A DNA stretch of 64,000 nt from Myxococcota bacterium (GTDB lineage Bacteria > Myxococcota_C > UBA6777). The position numbers and the translations under genes are program-made. Shown here in pieces: positions 28,801 to 37,056 of the stretch (within the stretch, counting starts at the first letter, position 1; every line of letters starts with the position of its first letter). The stretch lies in assembly GCA_023150835.1 (NCBI GenBank), contig JAKLKB010000021.1, positions 63 through 64,062 on the forward strand, in the 5' to 3' direction. Under the pieces are notes generated by a model. That model searched no databases and was not told the origin of the DNA. It saw nothing but the letters and a program-made list of their open reading frames with translations.

Positions 28801-29074
28801 GGATACCGAGGTTTTCGCGGGACTCTGCGGTGATCCGCTTGACGCCAGCGATGCCTTGGATGGCTTCTTCGACTTTGATCAAGACGCCCGTTTCCATCTC
28901 TGCGGGACCCGCGCCGCGTTGGATCACGCGGACGGTGATGGTATCAAGCGCCGTTTCGGGGAAGCTTTCTTTGGGTATGGCGTTGATGGTGACGAGGCCG
29001 AGAACACAAGCTGCAGCGGTCAACAAGTTCACGATGGTCGAATTTTCAACGCACCATTTGACGATAGATCGCAT
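25814..29074 (-). CDS. RND-family efflux transporter permease (AcrB/CzcA-like)
   Basis: About 1085 aa with the typical 12-TM, two-large-loop layout. It begins MRSIVKWCVENSTIVNLLTAAACV and contains ISLFGLILVIGILVDDAIV and SMFGIVGLAGVVVNDSLV. The likely start is ATG 29074, inside the longer ORF that runs to 29191. Confidence 0.9.
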   Translation of the reverse strand: MRSIVKWCVENSTIVNLLTAAACVLGLVTINAIPKESFPETALDTITVRVIQRGAGPAEMETGVLIKVEEAIQGIAGVKRITAESRENLGILNIEVAKGTKTERVLRDVKDQVEQISSFPADAERPVVFEILRRIPVLQLALYGDVSRAALQTLAQRVKDDLLDKKSITQVSLLGEKLREISIEVNETNLRQFGLQIADVARSISSSNLDISGGTLRTRNEDLILRAYGKRYLAKELEDIVVRTRPGTTPILVRDVAQARETFEDNPQSYSFRGKRAVLVNVERITGEDSLVIAAVGKAYIEESKKILPPGVQLALVNDTTIILRDRLKLLIENGIQGLILVLLTLSLLMNLRLAFWVAAGLPVAMLGSMIVMLFSGLTINAISLFGLILVIGILVDDAIVISENIYAHLEQGKSPVQAAIDGTVEVVPAVLAAVTTTMVAFAPLFIVGGLTGKFIYMIPAVVIITLFISLVESIFVLPPHLAHALKPINSVKHQNNRIREALDNGFNWVNTKLYAVPLRFALVHRWAVVAFSIALLFVTFGLMGGGFVKFVFFPRIDSDRLVARFIMTPGTPLKRTREVADHIEQAAIRLNEQLKKKYKTDLILHTSKWMGRNTAQAQGFSPPTGEEVGEITIELLAGERRPIPSFTVANLWRKEAGEIQGTTSLAFAAAALGPVGRPIEINISSIDYEQLRIATDFIKKRLATYAGIDDIEDDLTPGKRELRLQLTPLAQSLGLTLQQVALQIRNRVYGQEVMRVQRGRDEVRVFVRYPDQSRSSIQNLRDIWIDMPDSQKIPLERLAAWSTTNDLQIIRRIDRKRISTITAELDEDKGNRQDIVLGLLNRDIPDLRKLAPAAKVDFGGQGREQAEAFGGLRIAFPLALFGIFIILMMVFQSYAQTLVVMAMIPFGLIGAVFGHMVMGVPLTILSMFGIVGLAGVVVNDSLVFMDVINRNIENGMSPLEASWQGGQSRLRPILSTTLTTVAGLAPLLFERSLQAQFLIPMAISLAFGVGFATFITLVLVPGLYLAINDGRRFFYWLRHGVWAAPESLEPSYIRKQQQMAEEKALSTPPHPAAPNTPSHNRGEGG

Positions 29075-29196
29075 CAGAAGAGGCTCCTTTGGTGGTGCAA
29101 GGCGCGAGGCGAGGATATCCAAACGAAGGGAAGCATCGCCCGATCGAACGGTGGGGCTTGCTGTGATTCGAGGCGAACACTTCGAAGGCACGGGGG

Positions 29197-30501
29197 TTAT
29201 CCAGCGCGGGGAGGTTTGTTTTCTTTGGGGGTTGCGAAGACGGGGGTTCCTTCGACGGGATCGGACAATGGGCTAAGGACGAGTTCTTCTTGGTCTTGGA
29301 GTCCTTCGTGGATCAGGACGTATTCGTTGCTGGTGTGAGCGATCTCGACTTTCCTGCGGATCAAGCGTTTTTGGTTTTGGTTTGTTTGGACGAGGTAAAC
29401 GTATTTGCCGTCGTAGAGGGCTTGGCGAGGAACACGGACGGCATTGGGGATCTTTCGGATGGGGATGCGGACTTGGCAGAAGACGCCCGGGAGAAGGATC
29501 TTGGGGTTGACGAGGTCGTTGTTTTGTCGGGTGCTGCTGCGGAAGTGAACGCGAACCCACAAGTCGATGGTACGCGTTCGCAGATCAAGGCGTCCGCCGA
29601 CACGTTCGATCACGCCCTTCCATGCGGTGCTAGAGCTTTGTGGGACTTCGACGCGGATGGTTCCGAGTTTTCGCAGATAGGCAGGGATCTGATCGATGGA
29701 GATCTCTTGGTTTTGTTCGTCGCGGATCTTGCGGAGATCTTCGAGAGAAAAGGCGACGGGGATCTCGACGGACTCGGTGCTTTCGAGGGTTACGACACCA
29801 CGACCTGCTGCGACAAAAGCCCCGTTGGTCGGGGTTCCTTGGGTGACACGCGCATCAAAGGGGGCATATAGGGTGGTTCGGTTGAGGTTGATCGAGGCTT
29901 GTTGGAACTGGATCTCGGTGACATCGAGGTTTTGTTGAAGGCTTTCGAGTGCGCGGATGCGTTCAAGGACACGCAAGCGGATCTTGTCGAAGGTTCCGGG
30001 GTCGATGGCGCGGCGTTTGAGCAGAACTTTGTTGCGTTGTTCGTCGCGCTTGTCGAGTTGGAGGGCATCTTCGGAGAGTTTGATTTGGCGTTTGAGCGAG
30101 TCGCGCTGTCGTTTGAGGCGATCAAATTCGAGGCGGTAGGTGCGGCTATCGATGCGAAAAAGGGCTTGGTTGCGCTTAACGGTCTGCCCGGGTTTGAGAT
30201 CGCGCAGGGTGTAAGTCAGCTTGCCGGCGACTTCGGGGACGATCTCGACGCTTTGATCGGCTTGTGTGGTGCCGAAGCCATCGAGGTACAACCAGAGATC
30301 TTTGCGCACGATGCGTTCGGTTTGTACGCGCAAAGACAGAGCTTGCGGCGGTTTGCGTTGGGGTTTTTTTCGCATATTCACAAGGAAGCGCATGGACATC
30401 ACGCCAACGACAAGGATCAAAGCGGTGGCGATCGTTGCACGGAGGACACGCGATGTGGAGGGAGGAGCGTGATGGTGGGGAGTTTGGAAAGATTCGGTCA
30501 C
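29197..30501 (-). CDS. RND efflux periplasmic adaptor (HlyD/MFP family)
   Basis: The TM anchor is RATIATALILVVGVM. Lipoyl/hairpin/beta-barrel segments are typical of MFPs (VKRNQALFRIDSRTYRLEFDRLKRQ..., LYAPFDARVT, PGVFCQVRIP). It lies directly upstream of the RND gene. The GTG 30501 start is inferred, because the ORF upstream of it is low-complexity. Confidence 0.85.
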   Translation of the reverse strand: MTESFQTPHHHAPPSTSRVLRATIATALILVVGVMSMRFLVNMRKKPQRKPPQALSLRVQTERIVRKDLWLYLDGFGTTQADQSVEIVPEVAGKLTYTLRDLKPGQTVKRNQALFRIDSRTYRLEFDRLKRQRDSLKRQIKLSEDALQLDKRDEQRNKVLLKRRAIDPGTFDKIRLRVLERIRALESLQQNLDVTEIQFQQASINLNRTTLYAPFDARVTQGTPTNGAFVAAGRGVVTLESTESVEIPVAFSLEDLRKIRDEQNQEISIDQIPAYLRKLGTIRVEVPQSSSTAWKGVIERVGGRLDLRTRTIDLWVRVHFRSSTRQNNDLVNPKILLPGVFCQVRIPIRKIPNAVRVPRQALYDGKYVYLVQTNQNQKRLIRRKVEIAHTSNEYVLIHEGLQDQEELVLSPLSDPVEGTPVFATPKENKPPRAG

Positions 30502-30791
30502 GGGACACCTCGATCTTGGTTTGCCCTGCGCGATCAAGCGTGGGGAGAAGAGAACAGACGGTGCTTGGATGCACAAAAAAGCCAAGGGGTGTGGCTTTTT
30601 TGCGAGGGGTTTATGAGGAGAGTGCTGCAAAAACGCAAGACCCTGTTTTGGGGTGGAACATAATGCACAGATCGAGGCGCGCTACCGGGGAGGCTTGCAA
30701 TGGACTGTTGTTGAAAAGGGAACAATCTGTCACTTAGACGATATCCGAGTGGTGTGTACGCAAAGGTATCGTATGCAGACGCCCTATTATA

Positions 30792-30847
30792 GGGTAGCCA
30801 CACCTGTTTGCCCCTACATTTTACGAGCACACAGCGGGCGGATTGCG
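30792..30847 (+). repeat. REP-like element, family 1 (core plus right arm)
   Basis: gggtagccacacctgtttgcccctacattttacgagcacacagcgggcggattgcg aligns with 61705-61760, 47121-47177 and 52495-52552. Confidence 0.75.
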
Positions 30848-30849
30848 TA

Positions 30850-32322
30850 TTACCCGTTTTTGGGGGGATATTGGTGGAGAAAGTCAGGCAAGACAACCGA
30901 GATATCGTCTTCTTCAGGGTTGTTGCGGTCAATGCTTTCTTCGAGAGGTTGTTTGATGCGGAGGGTGAAGGTGGAGCCCTTGTGGAGGACACTTTTGACT
31001 TCGAGGCGGCCTCCGAGCAGTCGAGTGAGTTGCAGACTAATGGCCAGTCCAAGGCCCGAACCACCGTGTTGTCGCTGGGCTGAGCTGTCGGCTTGGTAGA
31101 AGGCTTCAAACAAGCGCTGTTGCTTGTCGAGAGGGATGCCGGGGCCGTTGTCGATGACGCGGAATTTGATCTGGCGTTGGGTGCCTTTGGGTTTTTGGTC
31201 GATGATGCAAAAGATCTTGCCGTTTTTGGTGAATTTGCAGGCGTTGGAGAGAAGATTGAGCAAGATCTGTTTGAGCTTGTTGCGATCGGTGCGGAGGACT
31301 TGGACAGTTCCGGGGTTGTGGATGTGGAGGGTGTTGTTGTTTTGTTGTGCAAGGATTGCAACAGTTGCTTCGATCTCGTCAAGGAAGGGTTGGAGAGGAA
31401 AGTTGCTGAGGTGAAGTCGGAGTTTTCCGGCTTCTACGCGGGAGAGGTCGAGGATGTTGTTGATCAAGGCGAGAAGTTGGGTTCCTGCGCGTTGGATCTT
31501 GAGGAGGTCTTCTTGGGTGGTGGTGTCGGCCTCGGTGAGTTCTTCGAGCAAGAGCTCGCTGTAGCCGATGATGGCGTTGAGGGGAGTGCGTAGCTCGTGG
31601 CTCATGTTGGCGAGGAAGATGCTTTTGGCGCGGTTGGCTTCTTGAGCGCGGTCGCGTTCGATTGCGAGTTCTTCGTTGGCTCGATTGGATTCTTGGATGC
31701 TAGTGCGTAAGAGTTCGTAAGATTGTTGCCAAATGGTTTCGTAAGCATAGGCGACAAAGCTTAGAATGATCGCGATCGAGAGCAGGATCAGTACAACGAT
31801 GCCCATCCACGTTGCAACACGAGGAGGTTGGGTGGTCGGGAGACCGTACAGCTTGGCGATGTAAAAAAGCAGGATGACAAACACGACGGTCAAGGTGGCA
31901 GCGAGGCCGATGCGTTTTCCAAAGAGAAAGGTCGAGAGCGGAGGGAGCAAAAGGTACCAGATGAGGTTGTAGATGGAAAAGCCGCCGTGTTGGGCCGTTG
32001 CAAGGGTGAAGATCGTAAGCAGGATGCTGACAAATGCTGTGCTGAGCAGTTGGAAAGAGACACCACGTTTAAGCAAAAAAGGCAAACTCAGGTGGATCGA
32101 GCTGATCACCAACGTCGCGCTCACAAGAAACCCCGCGCCTTGCTCAAAACGCCAAAGAGCAGGGACAAAAACGACGGTCAGCCCGTTGATTCCGAAGGTA
32201 AACAACACAAACATCCGCAGACGTAGGCGTTGCATCAGGTTGGTGTGTTGCTCTTCGGGCGGGATGAAGTGATCCGCAAAGCGGAACAGGAAAGGCACCG
32301 TGTCTTGGGGATGATCGGCCAT
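30850..32322 (-). CDS. Membrane sensor histidine kinase (HisKA + HATPase_c)
   Basis: The N-terminus has about six TM segments. The H-box is FLANMSHELRTPLNAIIGYSELL. The N, G1 and G2 boxes are LLNLLSNACKFT, VIDNGPGIP and GGSGLGLAIS. The likely start is ATG 32322 (MADHPQD...). Confidence 0.85.
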   Translation of the reverse strand: MADHPQDTVPFLFRFADHFIPPEEQHTNLMQRLRLRMFVLFTFGINGLTVVFVPALWRFEQGAGFLVSATLVISSIHLSLPFLLKRGVSFQLLSTAFVSILLTIFTLATAQHGGFSIYNLIWYLLLPPLSTFLFGKRIGLAATLTVVFVILLFYIAKLYGLPTTQPPRVATWMGIVVLILLSIAIILSFVAYAYETIWQQSYELLRTSIQESNRANEELAIERDRAQEANRAKSIFLANMSHELRTPLNAIIGYSELLLEELTEADTTTQEDLLKIQRAGTQLLALINNILDLSRVEAGKLRLHLSNFPLQPFLDEIEATVAILAQQNNNTLHIHNPGTVQVLRTDRNKLKQILLNLLSNACKFTKNGKIFCIIDQKPKGTQRQIKFRVIDNGPGIPLDKQQRLFEAFYQADSSAQRQHGGSGLGLAISLQLTRLLGGRLEVKSVLHKGSTFTLRIKQPLEESIDRNNPEEDDISVVLPDFLHQYPPKNG

Positions 32323-32773
32323 TTGTCGTCCATCGTTGTGTAGGACAAAAACAAGAGTGTGCTTGCCAACGGGTGAGGTCTCTCTTACGCTGGTCGGTCG
32401 GTTGGATCGTATTGTGCTTTGAAGCGTGCAGATCACAAGGTGCTTTTTGCTGCGAGTGGATCTTGTGAAAGACCAATCTGGCCAAGGCATCGGCCATTGG
32501 GCGTTTTTTCTGCGCATCCCCCACAAGCACAAAAACAGACGAGACCTTCAGCTTGATGGCGTACCGACCCCCCCCCCTCAAACGCCGTCATCCAGAGCAA
32601 GGCCAAGGGCCGTAGGCATCGAGAACAAGGCCAAAAACGGCAAGGCAAAGATCAGAAGCGAGAAGGCAAACCACTGCAACGCACCGCAACATGCCGTTGA
32701 AGTGGTTTCGCGTGCGCCCACATCATGCGATGGATGGGCGCAAGATGGACACAGCAAGAAAAAGTCGAAAAGG

Positions 32774-33787
32774 ATGCGAAACATGAGACAACGTTGGTTT
32801 CGATGGACGATGTTGGCGACAAGTGTGTTGTTTCTTTCGGGCTGTGCGGGGTTTGCGCGAGGTGGTTGGACGGTGATGTTGTTTTTACTGGGGGCATTGG
32901 GGCTTGCGAGCCTCTTGCAGACCCAAGCAGCGTGCGTCTCACCAACCCTCGGAGAAGCCCAACAGGACGGCGAGATCACGGGAGACGGAGGGACGCAGAA
33001 AGACGGCGTTGTGAGCGAAGTGCAACCCGAAGGCTCTTGGGAACGCTGTTGCAACAATGGAAAGATCAGCACATGCTTTTGTGCTGCGGGAGTTTCGTGC
33101 AACTACGGATGGTTCACGGATTGCGGCAACGGGACGTGTGTTTCCAGTCCAAGCCAGTCGTGCGGAGAAGGAAGCGCCGAAGTATCGGCTGAAAGCAGCG
33201 TCGAGGTGGTGCCTGAACGGATCAGTGAAGTGCAACCCGAAGCCGTCCCCACCGAGTCCCAGCCCGAAGGGACGTGGGAAACATGTTGCAAGGAAGGGAA
33301 GATCAGCACATGTTTTTGCCCCGGCGGAGCTGTCTGTAACTACGGACAGTTCAGAGATTGCGGCAACGGGATATGCACGTCCGATCTCGGCCAAGCCTGT
33401 GCAGAAGTGATCCCTGAAAAGACAGCAGAACCTCAACCCGAGATGTCCGCAGAAGTCCAGCCTGAGGGTTCTTGGGAGCGCTGTTGCAAAAGCGGCAAGA
33501 TCGACTCGTGCTTTTGTCCTGCGGGGGTGGCGTGCAACTACGGATGGTTCACGGATTGCGGCAACGGAACATGTACTGCCGATCCCAGTCAGACCTGCGC
33601 AGAAGTGATCCCTGAAAAAGTCGCAGAACCGACCCAAGAGGCCCAACCCGAAGGCGCGTGGGAAACGTGCTGTGTCAACGGAAAGATCGATTCCTGTTTT
33701 TGTCCCGCAGGTTTGGCTTGCAACTACGGCTGGTTTGTGGACTGCGGAAACAAGACGTGCGTTCCGCGCAACTCACAATGCCCCTAA
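32774..33787 (+). CDS. Lipoprotein with four tandem ~50 aa cysteine-rich modules (family not recognised)
   Basis: ATG 32774 is preceded by AAAAGGA. The lipobox is VLFLSGCAGF. Four modules fit QPEG(S/T/A)WE(R/T)CC-x2-GKI(S/D)(T/S)CFC-x2-G-x2-CNYG(W/Q)F-x-DCGN(G/K)-x-C and are separated by acidic PE-rich linkers. Confidence 0.75.
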   Translation: MRNMRQRWFRWTMLATSVLFLSGCAGFARGGWTVMLFLLGALGLASLLQTQAACVSPTLGEAQQDGEITGDGGTQKDGVVSEVQPEGSWERCCNNGKISTCFCAAGVSCNYGWFTDCGNGTCVSSPSQSCGEGSAEVSAESSVEVVPERISEVQPEAVPTESQPEGTWETCCKEGKISTCFCPGGAVCNYGQFRDCGNGICTSDLGQACAEVIPEKTAEPQPEMSAEVQPEGSWERCCKSGKIDSCFCPAGVACNYGWFTDCGNGTCTADPSQTCAEVIPEKVAEPTQEAQPEGAWETCCVNGKIDSCFCPAGLACNYGWFVDCGNKTCVPRNSQCP

Positions 33788-33802
33788 AAGACGAGAGTTC
33801 AG

Positions 33803-34603
33803 ATGTCGCATAAAGCAAAATACGCAGGTGGTGATTTGGGGGCTTTTCATCGTGGGTTGATGGGAGAGCCGATCCCGTTTGAGACGTTTCGATTGGACAA
33901 GTTCGCGCCCGAGTGGCTCGAAGAAGCCCGAAAGATCTGGCTCAATCGGTTTCACACAGAGTTTCGCTCGGTGCAGATCATGAATCGCTTTTTAGAAGAG
34001 ATCTTGGGGGCGGGTGATCCGCTGGATGTGTATGCAGGGGCTGTGGATATGGTGCAAGACGAGATCCGTCACGCAGCACTGTGCGCCGAGATGTGCCGAG
34101 CGTTGGGGCAAGATCCTGTGTTTCCGACGCCGCTGGTGATGCCCTTGCCCTCGGGTTATACACAGGCCCCGATGGCTGAACGCGCCTTGTCTACGGCAAT
34201 TACCATGTTGGGGATCAGCGAAACCCTGTCTTCGGGGTTTATTGTCGATCTGCAAGAGCGTTGCAAAGAGCCCGTGGTTCGGGATGTTTTGGATCGCACG
34301 ATGGAAGATGAAGAAGGGCACCACGGTTTCGGCTGGGCGTATATCAAGGCTTCACTCGGGCGTTTTCCCAAAGAAACGCTTGGCGATTGGCGTTATTTGG
34401 TGCAACAAACTCTTGCGCCGCACCACCAATTCGTCGAGCAGACGTTGCGTGATCTTCCCCCGACCAAGAGGCACTTGGACGCATGGACCGATGAAGAATA
34501 CATCCCGCTAGGGATGTTTAGCCCGCAACGTCAGGCATTGGTTTTTGTACGGACTTTTGACCATACTCTGGCCCCCAAGCTACGGGAGATGTCGTTACTG
34601 TGA
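33803..34603 (+). CDS. Ferritin-like diiron-carboxylate superfamily protein
   Basis: The four-helix ligand pattern E / ExxH / E / ExxH is visible: TEFRSVQ, QDEIRHAALC, ISETLSS, EDEEGHHGFGW. The gene starts 15 nt after the Cys-rich lipoprotein gene. Confidence 0.7.
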   Translation: MSHKAKYAGGDLGAFHRGLMGEPIPFETFRLDKFAPEWLEEARKIWLNRFHTEFRSVQIMNRFLEEILGAGDPLDVYAGAVDMVQDEIRHAALCAEMCRALGQDPVFPTPLVMPLPSGYTQAPMAERALSTAITMLGISETLSSGFIVDLQERCKEPVVRDVLDRTMEDEEGHHGFGWAYIKASLGRFPKETLGDWRYLVQQTLAPHHQFVEQTLRDLPPTKRHLDAWTDEEYIPLGMFSPQRQALVFVRTFDHTLAPKLREMSLL

Positions 34604-35644
34604 TCGGACAGGTGTGGCGCGTTGGTTTGTTTGTGTGGGACGCTGCGTAGGGGGAAGGGCTTGTAGCGCAAACTCTTGAAATAGCGGATTGACGCGGATT
34701 TGAGAGATGCGATCTCGCAACGAGACGACTGTTTGGAGGGGGGTAGCGGGTGGAGCAAGAAGAAGGATGCGTCGTTCGTTGGGATGGTGCCGTCGGATAT
34801 CTTGAAGGCATCGGGTGAGTGTTTGTGGATCGCGCAGAAGTGTGCTTTGTGGAAGGGTCGGAAGGATGGGGTGTTGCATCAATAGGCTGTTCCATAGGCC
34901 GCAACCTTCTGTGATGGCGCGTTCGTTGATCCAGAAAGCGATCCCTTTGGGTTGAAGAGCAAGGACGATGCGTGCAGGGTTCGGATCGGGTGGAAGAGGG
35001 TAAGGCGGAAGGCGGATACGAGCGAGTTTTCGTCGGATAGAGCGAGCGCATCGGTCGCAAGGTTGTGTCGAAGGCGTAGGCTGTAGAGTTTGGAGCGCTC
35101 TTTGCCATGACTCGGTTTGTGCGGGAGAGAGCCAAGGCAACCAAGCAGGCTGACATCTGGTTGTCGAAGCCTCGGAAGGTGGGGACGGATCGACTTGGCA
35201 GACCCGCCAAGCGATGCGGATCGATGGACGTTGAGGCAGGAGAGCCATGAGAGCGAGAAGGTCGCGCAAAGAGGCGGTCGCTTTGGCTTCGAGAAGAAAG
35301 GAGGACGAGGTTTGCAAGCGGAGGTGAGCGATCTGGCAAGTACGATCAGAAAAAGGCGGAACAAGAGGACAAAAAGAGAGAGCAGGCCGTAAAGCCCATC
35401 GTTGCTCGCGCAGGGCGATCCGCAAAGCATCCGAGGGGAGCGTTTGAAGGGGCTGCGCATGGTGAGCGCGTGGAAGATCCGAGGTCGCGTGTGGACGCGC
35501 ACAAGCCGAGAAGGCGAAAAGGCAAAACCAACACACCGCAAAAGCCCCAAACAATGGGCGCGAACGTGGAGGTGCTGGTGGGTGGAAAGCAGGGGCTTCT
35601 TGTTTTCGAGATGGCATCGGCATTAAGGTGTTGCGTCGTTTCAT
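34595..35644 (-). CDS. Hypothetical lipoprotein
   Basis: This is the longest ORF in the region (349 aa). It has a signal/lipobox (FCLFAFSACA). Segments such as ERRILLLAPPATPLQTVVSLRDRISQI loosely resemble ExbD/TolR-type periplasmic domains. Two other minus-strand frames here are also long and open, so the frame choice is tentative. Confidence 0.45.
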   Translation of the reverse strand: MKRRNTLMPMPSRKQEAPAFHPPAPPRSRPLFGAFAVCWFCLFAFSACARPHATSDLPRAHHAQPLQTLPSDALRIALREQRWALRPALSFCPLVPPFSDRTCQIAHLRLQTSSSFLLEAKATASLRDLLALMALLPQRPSIRIAWRVCQVDPSPPSEASTTRCQPAWLPWLSPAQTESWQRALQTLQPTPSTQPCDRCARSIRRKLARIRLPPYPLPPDPNPARIVLALQPKGIAFWINERAITEGCGLWNSLLMQHPILPTLPQSTLLRDPQTLTRCLQDIRRHHPNERRILLLAPPATPLQTVVSLRDRISQIRVNPLFQEFALQALPPTQRPTQTNQRATPVRSQ

Positions 35645-35800
35645 GGCGTCCTGTCGTTAAGTCTCTGTACAATGGGGCGTTTGGGGTGGAACGATGGTTT
35701 CCCCTCCATTCGCGCCAAACCGTGTATGAGATGGATCGAGCGATCAATCGGGACGTTTGGATGGAGAATGAGGATGGGACTTGTGTTGTTGGGTGGTTTT

Positions 35801-35860
35801 CGTGGGGTTCCACCCCATACCCCGCAAGGGAGCGCGACTCCCTTGACCCCGAATTGGCGG
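35801..35860 (+). repeat. REP-like element, family 2
   Basis: cgtggggttccaccccataccccgcaagggagcgcgactcccttgaccccgaa aligns with 10100-10160. Confidence 0.65.
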
Positions 35861-35965
35861 GGTGAACAGTCACCGTTCAAACAAGCAGCAGTGCTGCTTG
35901 AAGCACTGTGAACACGGGGTTTTTTGTCCACCGCGTCACTCCTGTGAGAAGAAAGAGAAAGCCGG

Positions 35966-36724
35966 ATGATCGAATTAAAGAGTGCAAAAGCTGTTGAGAA
36001 GATGCGTGAAGCAGGGCGTTTGGCCGCAGCCACGCTGGAGATGATTCAACCTCACGTCCAACCCGGGGTCTCCACAGAGCGTTTGAATCAGCTTTGCCAC
36101 GATTTCCTCATCGAACACAAGGCCATCCCCGCGCCGCTGAATTATCGAGGATTTCCCAAGTCGATCTGCACCTCCATCAACGAAGTGGTGTGTCATGGTA
36201 TCCCTTCCGAGGCACAGATTCTTGCGGAAGGTGATATCATTAACGTCGATGTGACGGCGATCTTAGACGGTTATCATGGCGACACAAGCTGTATGTTTTG
36301 TGTGGGCGAAGTCAGCAAGCCAGCCCGAGATCTGGTAGAAGCCACAAAGCAAGCGTTGTACGCAGGTATCCGTGTGTGCGCTGTGGGCGCAAGGATCGGC
36401 GATATCGGTCATGCGATCCAGTCCTTGGTTGAACCGATGGGTTATTCGGTGGTTCGGGACTTTACGGGACACGGGATCGGACGGCGCTTTCATGAAGATC
36501 CGCAGATCCTTCATTATGGCAAAAAAGGCGTGGGGCCGCGTATGCGCGAAGGCATGACTTTTACGATCGAGCCGATGATCAACCTTGGGACATGGAGGGT
36601 CGAAGTCATGGAAGACAATTGGACGGCAGTCACATTGGATCGCAAGCTATCAGCCCAATTCGAGCACACGATCTTGATTACCGCCGAAGGTTACGAGATC
36701 TTGACGCCTTCGTCTCTGTTTTAG
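35966..36724 (+). CDS. map: Type I methionine aminopeptidase
   Basis: Canonical motifs are present: NEVVCHGIP, DIINVDVTAILDGYHGDTS, GHGIGRRFHE, TFTIEPM, AQFEHT. Confidence 0.95.
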   Translation: MIELKSAKAVEKMREAGRLAAATLEMIQPHVQPGVSTERLNQLCHDFLIEHKAIPAPLNYRGFPKSICTSINEVVCHGIPSEAQILAEGDIINVDVTAILDGYHGDTSCMFCVGEVSKPARDLVEATKQALYAGIRVCAVGARIGDIGHAIQSLVEPMGYSVVRDFTGHGIGRRFHEDPQILHYGKKGVGPRMREGMTFTIEPMINLGTWRVEVMEDNWTAVTLDRKLSAQFEHTILITAEGYEILTPSSLF

Positions 36725-36752
36725 CAGCGTTTTGGAACGGGATGTTTGCACC

Positions 36753-36863
36753 CACGTTGCGCATCGAAAGAAACGTGTTCTATTGCATCGTAGTATTTCT
36801 TAGCTGCGTCAACACTGCTATGCCACACGTTGCGCATCGAAAGAAACGTGTTCTATTGCATCG
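36753..36863 (+). promoter_or_regulatory. Two identical 38 bp elements, each containing CACGTT-N13-AACGTG, 73 bp apart
   Basis: cacgttgcgcatcgaaagaaacgtgttctattgcatcg occurs at 36753-36790 and 36826-36863. The pair lies between map and the Gly/Met-rich protein gene, whose start is at 37057. Its function (operator pair or terminator hairpins) is unknown. Confidence 0.5.
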
Positions 36864-37056
36864 GTGTGTGAAGAAATTCTTGAAAAGAAAGATGTTTTTG
36901 TTTTTGATGGATGCCTTTCGGGATGGCTTTTGTTTTTGAGAGGCAACTTTTTTGGGTTCGATCCGAAAACAATCTACGAAATCGTTTTTGACCGTGTGTT
37001 GGCTTGGCCCACACTCTTAAAACTCTTCGTCACTTTACTCTCCAAGGAGTCCAAAC

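Noticed and set aside
32598-32670. Four copies of AAGGC(C/A)AA in the divergent region between the histidine kinase and the Cys-rich lipoprotein gene
   Set aside because: The motif is short and A/G-rich, and the spacing is irregular (28, 15, 21 nt). This is easily produced by chance.
36940-36975. tRNA-like T-arm (GGGTTCGATCC)
   Set aside because: The flanking bases do not form a T-stem with a canonical 7 nt loop. No acceptor, D or anticodon arms can be drawn. The sequence lies in the 5' region of the Gly/Met-rich gene.
36995-37030. Sigma-54-like promoter (TGGCCC-N5-CTT) upstream of the Gly/Met-rich gene
   Set aside because: The GG is present, but the -12 element does not match TTGC. No enhancer-binding protein gene is nearby.
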